From an uncultured bacterium (lineage in GTDB: Bacteria; Krumholzibacteriota; Krumholzibacteriia; Krumholzibacteriales; Krumholzibacteriaceae), in the NCBI GenBank assembly GCA_963813815.1, contig CAWFAD010000016.1, positions 32,001 through 96,000 on the forward strand: a stretch of DNA of 64,000 nucleotides, written 5' to 3'. Both the position numbers and the translations under genes were made by a program. The notes beneath the pieces were generated by a model. The model had not been told where the DNA came from. It did not search any database and saw only the letters and a list, made by a program, of their open reading frames with translations. How positions within the stretch are numbered: the stretch's first letter is position 1; each line of letters starts with the position of its first letter. Below, piece by piece: positions 42,004 to 51,361 of the stretch.

Positions 42004-43371
42004 ATGGACCGGGACACTATCGTCGCGCTCGGCACACCGGCGGGCGAATCGGCGGTCGCCGTGGTGCGCGTGTCGGGCCCCGAGGCGATCGACATCGTCG
42101 ATCAGCTCGCGCCCGGGACGCGGGACGCCGCCTCGCACTCCCTCGTGCTGAGAACGCTCCGGGACAAGGGCGGCGCGCCGATCGACGAGGCCCTCGTCGC
42201 GGTCATGCGGGCGCCGTCGAGCTACACCGGCGAGGACCTCGTCGAAATATCCTGCCACGGCGGCACGCAGGTGGCATCCGATCTCCTCGAGGAAATCATG
42301 GCGCGCGGCGCGCGACTCGCCGGACGGGGCGAGTTCACGCGGCGCGCGTTTCTCTCGGGCAAGATGGACCTCGCCGAGGCGGAGGCCGTCGCCGATCTCA
42401 TCGCGGCGGAAACGAAGCTGCAGCGGCGCGTGGCGCTGGAGCAGCTCGAGGGGGCCCTGTCGCGGCGGATCGGCGAATGCGAGGCGGCGCTGCTCGGCGA
42501 GCTCGCCCTCGTCGAGGCCTCGATCGATTTCAGCGAGGAGGAGATTCCGCCGCGCTCCCCCGCTGAGACGCTCCGCGTGGCCCGCGAAGCGAGGGAGCGC
42601 ATAGCCCGCCTGCTCGAGTCGGAGGTCGCCGGGGCCAAGCTCCGCCGCGGGATACGGGTGACGATAGTGGGCCCGCGGAACGTCGGCAAGAGCAGCATCT
42701 ACAACGCGTTGCTGGGCGAGGAGCGGGCGATCGTATCCCCCGTTCCGGGAACGACGCGGGACAAGCTCTGCGAGCGGATCCACGTCGGCGGGTTCACCTG
42801 CTATCTCGAGGACACGGCCGGGATGGCCGAGACGCGCTGCGAGATCGAGGCGCGCGGGATAACGATCGGCCGCGAGGCGGCCGATCGGGCCGATCTCGTG
42901 CTCTTCACCCTCGATGGAAACGCCGAGATAGATAAGGATGCGGCCCGCGAGATCGGGCGCATCGACAAGTCGAAAATTCTGCTCCTGCTCAACAAGTGCG
43001 ACCTCGGGCTGCGCCGGCCGGCGAAGGAGCTAAGCGAGAAATTGGGTGTGAATGACGTCGTCGTCGCCTCGGCCGCCACGGGGGCGGGGCTCGAGGATCT
43101 GCGGCGGCGGATCTACGAGCGCACGGTCGAGCGGGACGCGGGAGCGATCGGCGCCGAGCAGGTGGCCGTGAACGCGCGGCAGGCGGGCGCCCTGCGGGAA
43201 GCGGACGAGGCGCTCGCGAGGCTCGAGGCGCTCGCGGCGTCCCTCGCCCCGCCCGAGCTTCTGAGCGTCGAGCTGCGGGCGGGCGCGGACGCGCTCGGAG
43301 CGGTGACGGGGCGAACGGCGCCGGCTGATATCCTCGATATCATTTTCAGCAAATTCTGCATCGGGAAATAG
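42004..43371 (+). CDS. mnmE: tRNA modification GTPase MnmE
   Basis: DTIVALGT, SYTGEDLVEISCHGG, GPRNVGKSS, GTTRD, DTAG, IFSKFCIGK. Confidence 0.96.
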   Translation: MDRDTIVALGTPAGESAVAVVRVSGPEAIDIVDQLAPGTRDAASHSLVLRTLRDKGGAPIDEALVAVMRAPSSYTGEDLVEISCHGGTQVASDLLEEIMARGARLAGRGEFTRRAFLSGKMDLAEAEAVADLIAAETKLQRRVALEQLEGALSRRIGECEAALLGELALVEASIDFSEEEIPPRSPAETLRVAREARERIARLLESEVAGAKLRRGIRVTIVGPRNVGKSSIYNALLGEERAIVSPVPGTTRDKLCERIHVGGFTCYLEDTAGMAETRCEIEARGITIGREAADRADLVLFTLDGNAEIDKDAAREIGRIDKSKILLLLNKCDLGLRRPAKELSEKLGVNDVVVASAATGAGLEDLRRRIYERTVERDAGAIGAEQVAVNARQAGALREADEALARLEALAASLAPPELLSVELRAGADALGAVTGRTAPADILDIIFSKFCIGK

Positions 43372-43431
43372 GGCTTAAGCACTACTGCCCTCTTTGAATA
43401 TAAACATGTTATGCAATTGTTCATAACCATT

Positions 43432-45307
43432 ATGAGTTATAAGGGCAAAGGGGATTGCGCGGTTATCGTGGTCGGGGCCGGGCATGCCGGGATAGAGGCG
43501 GCCCTCGCCGCGGCAAGGATGGGGCACGAGACCCTTCTCATCACGATGAGCCGCGGGGATGTGGCGCGAATGCCGTGCAACCCTGCCATAGGAGGGCTCG
43601 CCAAGGGACAGCTCGTCCGCGAGATCGACGCGCTGGGCGGCGAGATGGGGCTCGCGATCGACGAAACGGGGATTCAGTTCAGAATGCTGAACCGGGCGAA
43701 GGGCCCGGCGGTATGGTCCCCGCGCGCCCAAGCCGACAAGAAGGCGTACCACCGGCGGATGCTCTCGGTCATCGAGGGGCAGGAGCGCCTGAAGCTCGTC
43801 GAGAACGAGGTGGCGGCGCTTCTGATCAGGGACGGGGCGGTCGAAGGGGTCGAATTGGCGAGCGGCGAGAAAATCAGGGCGGCGAGGGTGATTTGCGCCC
43901 TCGGCACTTTTCCGAATGGGCTCATGCATATCGGAGAAGAGAGCTTTCCGGGGGGAAGGGAAAACGAGCCTCCCTCCTGCCGGCTCGCGGACCAGCTCGC
44001 GTCGATCGGCCTCGAGCGAGGCCGGCTCAAGACGGGCACTCCGGCGCGCCTCGCGAGCGGGAGCATAGACTTCTCGCGATGCGAGGGGCAGCCCGGAGAC
44101 GAGACCCCCGCTCCCTTCTCGTTTCGGACGAAAGCCATAACGGGGCGCCAATCCCTTTGCTACATTACATATACCAATGAGGGCACCCATGCGGTGATTC
44201 GCGAGAACCTCGGCAGATCGCCTCTCTACGCGGGGAGGATCAAAGGTATCGGCCCCCGGTATTGCCCATCGATCGAGGACAAGGTGGTCCGCTTCTCCGA
44301 GAGGAAGCGCCACCAGCTCTTCTTGGAGCCCGAGGGGCTCGATTCGGATGAAATCTACGTCAACGGGCTCTCGACGAGCCTCCCGCGCGACGTTCAAGAG
44401 AAGATGGTAAGGACGATAGTCGGGCTCGAGAACGCCCGGATCGTCCGCTATGGGTATGCCATAGAATACGATTACTTCCCGCCGCATCAGATCTTCCCCA
44501 CCCTCGAGTCGCGGATCGTTCGGGGGCTTTTCTTCGCGGGGCAGGTAAACGGCACCTCGGGTTACGAGGAGGCCGCCGCGCAGGGAATCGTGGCGGGGAT
44601 AAACGCAGCGCTCGGCATCGAAGGCCGGGAGCCCTTCGTCCTCGGCAGGCATCAGGGATATATCGGGGTCCTCATCGATGACCTCGTTACAAAGGACATT
44701 GACGAGCCTTACCGGATGTTCACGTCCCGGGCGGAGCACAGGCTCATCCTTAGACAGGACAACGCGGACGAAAGGCTCTTCAAGTTTGGCGCGCGATACG
44801 GGCTCCTCCCCCGCTCGCTCTGGCGGGAGATGGCGAGCCGGAGGAGGCGGGTCGCGAGGGCGCACCGCACGCTCGAGAGGCTCTCCGTATCGCACGGCTC
44901 TCGCGGGCAAGGTCCGGGCGATCGAGCTCATGAGACGCCCCGCGACGACTCTTCGGGATATCGAGAGCGCGCTTCCGCCCGAGGTCCTCGCGCTCGACCG
45001 GCGCGAGAAGGAGGCCCTCGAGACCGGCATTAAATACGAGGGGTACATCGCGCGGCAGAGAAAGCTCGTGGAGAGAATGCGCGGCCTCGAGCGGATGAGA
45101 GTTCCCCCCGGATTTTCCTTCGATATCGCGGCGCTGAGCGCCGAGGCGAGGCAGAAGCTCGCGAAGTTCCGGCCGGTCACCCTCGGACAAGCCTCGAGGA
45201 TAGCGGGAGTGCGGAGCTCCGACATCTCGATTCTCATGATTTTGCTGGACAGGCGCGGAAAAGAAGCGGATAAGAGGCGGAAGGCGCCGGGGATCGCGGG
45301 AGAATGA
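43432..45307 (+). CDS. mnmG: tRNA modification enzyme MnmG (GidA), frameshifted near 44895
   Basis: GAGHAG, MPCNPAIGG, GPRYCPSIEDK, GQVNGTSGYEEAAAQG, EPYRMFTSRAE. The C-terminus (ELMRRP, IKYEGYI, TLGQASRIAGV) continues in ORF 44678..45307. Confidence 0.92.
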
Positions 45308-45333
45308 GGCCCACCGTCCCGGTAGCCGCGGGT

Positions 45334-45349
45334 TGTTTCACGTGAAACA
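45334..45349. promoter_or_regulatory. parS site
   Basis: TGTTTCACGTGAAACA, a perfect consensus palindrome. Confidence 0.92.
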
Positions 45350-45417
45350 GCCCGGGACGGGGCGAACGCCCCCACCCCCGACGCGGGAACGAAGCGAAGA
45401 CGCGGGAGCGAAACGAA

Positions 45418-46062
45418 ATGGAGCAGTGGATCTCGGCGGCCCTCGCCTCGAGCGGGCTCGAGGATCTCCCGGCTGCCCGGCTGGAGATGCTCGAGGCGTT
45501 TGTGGGAGAGGTCGCGATCTGGAGCGAAAAAATCCACCTCCTCGGCAAGGGCCGGCTCCAGGAAAACCTTCGACTACAGACCCTCGATTCGCTCCTTTTG
45601 CTGGCGGCGGCCGAGAGAGAGGCCGCGGACGCCTTTGCGGCGCCCGAGGCGCGGCTCGCGGACATAGGGTCGGGAGCCGGATTTCCGGGTCTCGTCTGGA
45701 AGATAGCGAAGCCGGAGATCCGGGCGGTGCTTTTCGAGCGCAGGCTCAAGGCGCACATATTTCTCGAGCGAACCATCGCGGTTCTGGGCCTCTCGGGAAC
45801 GGAGGCCCGCGAAGGAGACGCCGCCGCTTGCGCGGGCGTGGGCTCCTTCGGGATCGTAACCTCCAAAGCGGCGGGGCGGCTCGACGCGATGCTGCCGATC
45901 GCAGAGCGACTGCTCGCCCCGCGCGGCATCTACGTGACGATCAAAGGGGCTTCCCGCGGCAAGGAGCTCGATTTCTCGAGGAGCGGCGCCATGCGGCCGT
46001 TTGCCGAGATAGAGCTCCCGGAAAAGCGCGGACTCGCCCTATTGTTCAGGAAATCCGAATAG
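45418..46062 (+). CDS. rsmG: 16S rRNA m7G527 methyltransferase RsmG (GidB)
   Basis: LDSL, ADIGSGAGFPGL; synteny after mnmG. Confidence 0.88.
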   Translation: MEQWISAALASSGLEDLPAARLEMLEAFVGEVAIWSEKIHLLGKGRLQENLRLQTLDSLLLLAAAEREAADAFAAPEARLADIGSGAGFPGLVWKIAKPEIRAVLFERRLKAHIFLERTIAVLGLSGTEAREGDAAACAGVGSFGIVTSKAAGRLDAMLPIAERLLAPRGIYVTIKGASRGKELDFSRSGAMRPFAEIELPEKRGLALLFRKSE

Positions 46063-46098
46063 AGGCCGAGCGGCGCGGCTCGGGAGCCCGGCGGGCGC

Positions 46099-46114
46099 CG
46101 TTTCACGTGAAACG
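46099..46114. promoter_or_regulatory. parS site
   Basis: CGTTTCACGTGAAACG palindrome. Confidence 0.88.
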
Positions 46115-46280
46115 CGCCCTCGAATGTCCCTTAACGGCATAATCAGCATATAAGATAGGATGTTACACACATGTTAATAAAGTGGTGCATATAATTGAGC
46201 TTCCCCCCATATTTTTCATTGCGTTCCCCGAAGGGGATGTCTATAATGCCATTGACCCCGCCCCACCCCCGGAGGAAACA

Positions 46281-47537
46281 ATGCGTCGTAACATGTTGTA
46301 TTTAGTTCTGTTGTGCGCGTTATCAACAGCTTTGCCGCTTCTTTGCGGCTGCGAGGATACGGTCAAGTACCTCAACACGAAGCCCGAGGGCCTGGCGATC
46401 ACCTACGAAAAGTGTCACGTCGCCGCCGGCGGCAGCGTGGAGCTCTCGGGAATCGCGACCGACGCGGACGGAGACTCGCTCACGTATAAATGGAGCGCGA
46501 CCGCGGGGAGCTTTGTCCCGGCATCCGCGGCGGGCCGATACGTCGCCTGGGTGGCGCCGGCGGGCTTCGGCCCCGCCGTGGTCACGATGACCGTGACGGA
46601 CGGATTCGAATCGGTCTCGCTGCAGCAGACGATAACTGTATGTGAGCTTCTCCCCTCTTCGATCCTCGTGTCGCGTTCCATAGAGAACGCCGGCCATATG
46701 TACATAACGAAGAGCGGCGGCCCGCTCCTCATCGCGGGAAGCGCGACGGTCACGATCGACGCGGGGGTGACGATCGTCGTGGATCTCGGCGGAGGCATCG
46801 AGTCGTACGGCGGAATCGTCGCGCTCGGAACCGCGACGCAAAAGATCCGCATCATGCAGAATAGCTGCACGGGCGAAGACGGCCTCTGGACGGGCATTTA
46901 TCTCATACAAGCCGAGGCGGAAGGGGAGTTCCGGTACTGCGAGATCAGCGGAGGAACGTCCGGCGTCGCGGCGCGCGAGGCGGCGCACCTCGATATGGAG
47001 GATTGCCAGATTTACAATCACGGCGATTGCGGCCTGAACCTTTCGCTCTGGGCGACGGCGGATATACGGCGCTGCTCGATCTGGGATAACGGGCAGGGCG
47101 TTTACGTCGAGGATGCCGCGGTCGCGATGAGCCGTAGCTCGATACGTTACAGTGGCGGCGACGGCATATTCCTCATCGCCTCGACGGGCGAGGCGCAGAC
47201 GACGATCGACAGCTGCGTCGTCGCCAACAACTATACGAACGGGATCGTGATCGCCGACAACGCGATGCCGTCCATCCACTACTGCTCGATCTTCTCGAAC
47301 GGCGAGGCGGGCGCGGGCAACTACGCCGTCAGGCTTTCGTCGACCTGGACGAGCGTGCCGATCGCCGCCGAAAACAACTACTGGGGGCTCGGGAAGGACA
47401 CCGAGGCCGAGATCGCGGCGCTCATCTACGACGGCGCCGACAACCCCGTTCTCAACACCGTGGACTTCGTTCCGTGGCTCGCGGGTCCGCCGGTATCGGC
47501 GGCGGCGGGCGCGGCGGGGACTCAATGGGCAAGATAA
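46281..47537 (+). CDS. Lipoprotein with PKD/Ig-like domain and right-handed parallel beta-helix
   Basis: Lipobox [15 protein letters not shown], repeated I..N..GI beta-helix coils, AENNYWG...FVPWL. RBS GGAGG. Confidence 0.78.
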   Translation: MRRNMLYLVLLCALSTALPLLCGCEDTVKYLNTKPEGLAITYEKCHVAAGGSVELSGIATDADGDSLTYKWSATAGSFVPASAAGRYVAWVAPAGFGPAVVTMTVTDGFESVSLQQTITVCELLPSSILVSRSIENAGHMYITKSGGPLLIAGSATVTIDAGVTIVVDLGGGIESYGGIVALGTATQKIRIMQNSCTGEDGLWTGIYLIQAEAEGEFRYCEISGGTSGVAAREAAHLDMEDCQIYNHGDCGLNLSLWATADIRRCSIWDNGQGVYVEDAAVAMSRSSIRYSGGDGIFLIASTGEAQTTIDSCVVANNYTNGIVIADNAMPSIHYCSIFSNGEAGAGNYAVRLSSTWTSVPIAAENNYWGLGKDTEAEIAALIYDGADNPVLNTVDFVPWLAGPPVSAAAGAAGTQWAR

Positions 47538-48361
47538 TAGCCATCGCGAATCAGAAGGGGGGCGTCGGAAAGACGACGACCGCCGTGAACCTCGGCGCGA
47601 GCATGGGCGCGGCGGAGCATCGCGTCCTCCTCGTTGACGCCGACCCGCAGGCGAACGCCTCGAGCGGATTCGGCGTGCGCGCCGCGGAGAATGAGGCCAC
47701 GATCTACGAAGTGCTGCTCGGCGAGACGACGGCCGCCGAGACGATCCGGAAGGTCGATCTCATCGACCTGTTGCCGAGCCACCAGAGGCTGAGCGGCGCC
47801 GAGTACGAGCTCGTCTCGCAGATGGCCCGCGAGAGAAAGCTCAAGGACGCGCTCGAGGGGATCAAGGATCGCTACGACTACATCGTCATCGACTCGCCGC
47901 CGAGCCTCGGGCTCCTCACGCTCAACACGCTCACGGCCGCCGATTCGGTTCTCATCCCGATTCAATGCGAGTACTACGCGCTCGAGGGGCTGAGCCAGCT
48001 CCTCAACACGATACGCATGGTGCAAAAGCATCTCAATTTGGATTTGCGGATCGAGGGAGTGCTCCTCACGATGTTCGACAAGCGGCTCAATCTCTCGAAT
48101 CAGGTGGCGCAGGAGGCGATCTCGTACTTCGGCGACAAGGTGTACGACACCGTGATTCCGCGGAACGTGCGGCTGAGCGAATGTCCGAGCTTCGGACGGC
48201 CGATCATTCTCTACGACGTGCAGAGCGCGGGCGCGACGAGCTATCTCAAGCTCGCCCGCGAGGTCGTCGAGAAGCAGGGGAGAAGCGAGGGGCACGAGAA
48301 GCGCGCGGCGGCCGCCGCGGGCGAGCCGGCGGCGCGCGGCGGGAGAGTGCAGGCCAAATGA
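47525..48361 (+). CDS. parA: Chromosome partitioning ATPase ParA/Soj
   Basis: [47 protein letters not shown]. Confidence 0.96.
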   Translation: MGKIIAIANQKGGVGKTTTAVNLGASMGAAEHRVLLVDADPQANASSGFGVRAAENEATIYEVLLGETTAAETIRKVDLIDLLPSHQRLSGAEYELVSQMARERKLKDALEGIKDRYDYIVIDSPPSLGLLTLNTLTAADSVLIPIQCEYYALEGLSQLLNTIRMVQKHLNLDLRIEGVLLTMFDKRLNLSNQVAQEAISYFGDKVYDTVIPRNVRLSECPSFGRPIILYDVQSAGATSYLKLAREVVEKQGRSEGHEKRAAAAAGEPAARGGRVQAK

Positions 48362-49215
48362 CGAAGAAGGTTCTCGGCAGGGGCCTCGAGGCGCTCATCT
48401 CTCAGGATCTGAGAGAGAGCGTTTCGGAGACCGAGCGGGTGAAGGAGCTCGACGTCGCGAGGATCGATCCGAACCCGCATCAGCCGCGGGCGAGCTTCGA
48501 CGAGGAGCACCTGCGCGAGCTCGCCGAGTCGATCCGGCGGCACGGCGTGCTGCAGCCGATCGTCGTTCGTCGCGCGGGAGACCGGTACGAGCTCGTTCTC
48601 GGCGAGCGCCGGCTGCGCGCCGGCAAGCTCGCCGGGCTCACGGCCATCCCCGCCATCGTGCGCGAGGTCGACGACGCCGAGTCGCTGAAGCAGGCGCTCA
48701 TGGAAAATCTCCAACGCGAGGATCTGAACGCGATCGAGGAGGCCCGCGGCTACGAGCTCCTGCGGAGCGAGTTCTCCCTTTCGGCCAAGGATATCGCCGA
48801 CATGATCGGCAAGGACCGCAGCACCGTCGCGAACAGCCTCCGCATTCTCGCGCTTCCGGATGAAGTGAAGGACCTCATCGCGGCGGGCCGCCTCACGGCC
48901 GGGCACGCGCGGGCCCTTCTCTCGATCGAGGGCGCGGACGCGCAGATCGAGTGGGCGAGAAAGATCGTGAGCGAGAGCCTCACCGTGCGCGAGATCGAGC
49001 GCACGGCGCCGGGCAAGCCGCGCAGGGGAAAGCGCCGCGCGCGCCGGCAGCTCGAGGCCGAGCTGCGGGCGGTCGAGGAGGGGCTCGAGACGCATCTCGG
49101 AACGCGCGTGCGGATCGCGCCGCACGGAGCGGGCGGCCACATCGGAATCGAGTATTATTCCACCGAGGATCTCGAGCGGATCCTCGAACGAATCGGCATG
49201 AAGCTTCCATCCTAG
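48358..49215 (+). CDS. parB: Chromosome partitioning protein ParB
   Basis: [51 protein letters not shown]. Confidence 0.96.
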   Translation: MTKKVLGRGLEALISQDLRESVSETERVKELDVARIDPNPHQPRASFDEEHLRELAESIRRHGVLQPIVVRRAGDRYELVLGERRLRAGKLAGLTAIPAIVREVDDAESLKQALMENLQREDLNAIEEARGYELLRSEFSLSAKDIADMIGKDRSTVANSLRILALPDEVKDLIAAGRLTAGHARALLSIEGADAQIEWARKIVSESLTVREIERTAPGKPRRGKRRARRQLEAELRAVEEGLETHLGTRVRIAPHGAGGHIGIEYYSTEDLERILERIGMKLPS

Positions 49216-49217
49216 CC

Positions 49218-49997
49218 ATGGTAAAGGGAAGATTCTCCGTCATCATCGTCCCGCACGACATCCGCAAGACGCGGACGTATCGCGTTTCGTACGGCATTTT
49301 CTACTCGATACTCGCCCTTGCCGGGGTGGGGCTCGTCGTGGTGCTGTTTTTCATCGCGACGTACGGAGCGCTCCTCATCAGGACGCGCGAGTTCAGGCTC
49401 TACAAACTTCAGGTCGAGGAGCTGACGAAGCGGCAGGAGCAGATGAGCGAGCTCCAGAGAAATCTCGCCGAGCTTCGCGCCTTGAACGCGCAGGTGCGGC
49501 ACATGCTCGGTCTCGGGCTCGCGCCACAAGACAGCCTCGCGCTCGCGGCGGGCGGGCGTTCGGGCGCCGAGACGAGGCAGGGTTCGCGGCTCGAGCAGGC
49601 GTCGATGCTGCGGGCGATTCCGACCTTCTGGCCCGTGAGGGGATTCATCACGAGGCGTTTCACGGGAGCGGGGGGCGGGGCGGCGGAGGCGCTCCACGGG
49701 GGAATCGACATCGCCGTCGAGCGCGGAACGCCGGTTCGGGCGGCCGCGGGGGGGTACGTGACGGAGGCGGGCTGGAGCAACGACTACGGGTATTACGCGC
49801 AGGTCGATCACGGGTACGGCATAAAAACACTTTACGGGCACGCCGATATGCTGGTAGTAGTTAAGGGGGAGCGGGTGACCCAGGGGCAGACGATCGCTTA
49901 CTCGGGCAACACGGGGAAGAGCTCGGCGCCGCATCTTCATTTTCAGGTGACGCAGGGCAACGTTCCCGTGGACCCTTTGAAATATCTTCTTCAGTGA
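49218..49997 (+). CDS. M23 family peptidoglycan endopeptidase with TM and coiled coil
   Basis: HGGIDIA, YGHA, GNTGKSSAPHLHF, VDP. Confidence 0.92.
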   Translation: MVKGRFSVIIVPHDIRKTRTYRVSYGIFYSILALAGVGLVVVLFFIATYGALLIRTREFRLYKLQVEELTKRQEQMSELQRNLAELRALNAQVRHMLGLGLAPQDSLALAAGGRSGAETRQGSRLEQASMLRAIPTFWPVRGFITRRFTGAGGGAAEALHGGIDIAVERGTPVRAAAGGYVTEAGWSNDYGYYAQVDHGYGIKTLYGHADMLVVVKGERVTQGQTIAYSGNTGKSSAPHLHFQVTQGNVPVDPLKYLLQ

Positions 49998-50047
49998 GGT
50001 GCAGCATGATCGGGGGAAAGAAAGAGGCGAGGAAGGAGGATGTGGCA

Positions 50048-50482
50048 ATGTTCGGCAAAGAGGGAGAGAGCGTCGCAGGGGAGGGAAAGATGAACTCGAT
50101 AATCGGAAAAGGCTGCAAGATCAACGGCACGGTCACGATCAGCGAGGGCACGATCCGCATCGACGGGGAATTCGAGGGGAACATCACTTGCCCCGATACG
50201 CTCGTCATCGGCAAGGACGGCCACGTGAAGGCCGAGATCAAGGTGAAGGGCGCGGTCGTCGGCGGAACCGTCATCGGCAACATCGACGCCAAGGAGAAGA
50301 TCGAGCTCCAGGCGGGCTCGCGCCTCGAGGGAGACATCAAGACGAGCCGCCTCGTCATCGACGAGGGCGTCTTCTTCGAGGGGAACTGCAAAATGAGCCC
50401 CGAGGGAGCCCGCCCCGCAGGCGTCGGGATGGGGATGCCGGGAATGCAGCCGAAGCCGCAGACTCCGGTTCCCACGAGGTAA
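50048..50482 (+). CDS. Bactofilin (polymer-forming cytoskeletal protein)
   Basis: SIIGKGCKING, IRIDGEFEGNI, LVIDEGVFFEGNCKM. RBS AGGAGG. Confidence 0.93.
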   Translation: MFGKEGESVAGEGKMNSIIGKGCKINGTVTISEGTIRIDGEFEGNITCPDTLVIGKDGHVKAEIKVKGAVVGGTVIGNIDAKEKIELQAGSRLEGDIKTSRLVIDEGVFFEGNCKMSPEGARPAGVGMGMPGMQPKPQTPVPTR

Positions 50483-50566
50483 TCCGGCGACGAGCGGCCC
50501 GCAGCTCGCCCCGCATCGCATGTCGTCGCGCCGCCGGCCGGCCGGCCGGCCGGGCGTGCGCATAGC

Positions 50567-50605
50567 AAAAAGGAAGGCGTCCATGGAGGACGCCTTCGCT
50601 TTTTT
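50567..50605. terminator. Bidirectional intrinsic terminator
   Basis: AAAAAG-GAAGGCGTCC-ATGGA-GGACGCCTTC-GCTTTTTT between the convergent bactofilin and hsp20 genes. Confidence 0.8.
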
Positions 50606-50657
50606 GGGCCTTGTGGTGGTTGGCCGGCCCGTAGCCAACGAGAAGTGATACCAGCCG

Positions 50658-51104
50658 CTATTTAACCTTTACTTCGATTTCTTTCGGCTTTGCCTTCTCC
50701 ACCTTGGGGATGGCGAGCTTGAGGACTCCGTCCTTGAACTCCGCCTCGATCCCGTTGCGGTTCACGTTCTCGGGGAGCGTGAACGTTCTGATGAACTGGC
50801 CGTAGCAGCGCTCGGCGAGACGATAGTTCTCCTCTTTTTTCTCTTCCTCGATCTTGCGCTCGCCGCGGAGCGTGAGCATGTTGTCCTGAATCTCGATCTT
50901 GATGTCTTCCTTTTTCATGCCCGGAAGATCCGCATTGAGCTCGAAGCCGCCGTTCGCCTCGACGATGTCGACGCGCGGCGCCCAGCGGATGAAGTTGGCT
51001 TCGCCCTTCGCGGTGTCCGTGCCGAAGAAATCTCCGAGCAGCATGTTCATCTCTTCCTGAAGCCCGAACATGTCCCGAACCGGATTCCATCTTACGATCG
51101 CCAT
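50658..51104 (-). CDS. Small heat-shock protein Hsp20/alpha-crystallin
   Basis: WAPRVDI, ADLPG, LTLRGERK, ERCYGQFIRTFTLP, DGVLKLAIPK. RBS AAGGAGG. Confidence 0.95.
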   Translation of the reverse strand: MAIVRWNPVRDMFGLQEEMNMLLGDFFGTDTAKGEANFIRWAPRVDIVEANGGFELNADLPGMKKEDIKIEIQDNMLTLRGERKIEEEKKEENYRLAERCYGQFIRTFTLPENVNRNGIEAEFKDGVLKLAIPKVEKAKPKEIEVKVK

Positions 51105-51168
51105 GGCTGAACCCTCCTTGGTCATAACGTTTAGCGTTTCCCATCGTCGTCTTTCGCTTGGTGAAAAA

Positions 51169-51184
51169 TGCAGAATGCGTGCCA
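51169..51184 (-). promoter_or_regulatory. sigma54 (-24/-12) promoter of hsp20
   Basis: Minus strand TGGCACGCATTCTGCA (GG-N10-GC). Confidence 0.65.
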
Positions 51185-51361
51185 TTCGGCGGGCTTCGAT
51201 GCAACGCATTATATTATATATGGTTGGGTCATTGCGACGCGGCGCGCCAATTTAGCGCAGCAGCGGCAGAACGACAAAACGAGCCATGCCGGCAGGCGTG
51301 GCGCATGACGGCTGCCATATTGGCAGGCGATGCATTTGAACTTACCGAATTGAGGCGATGG

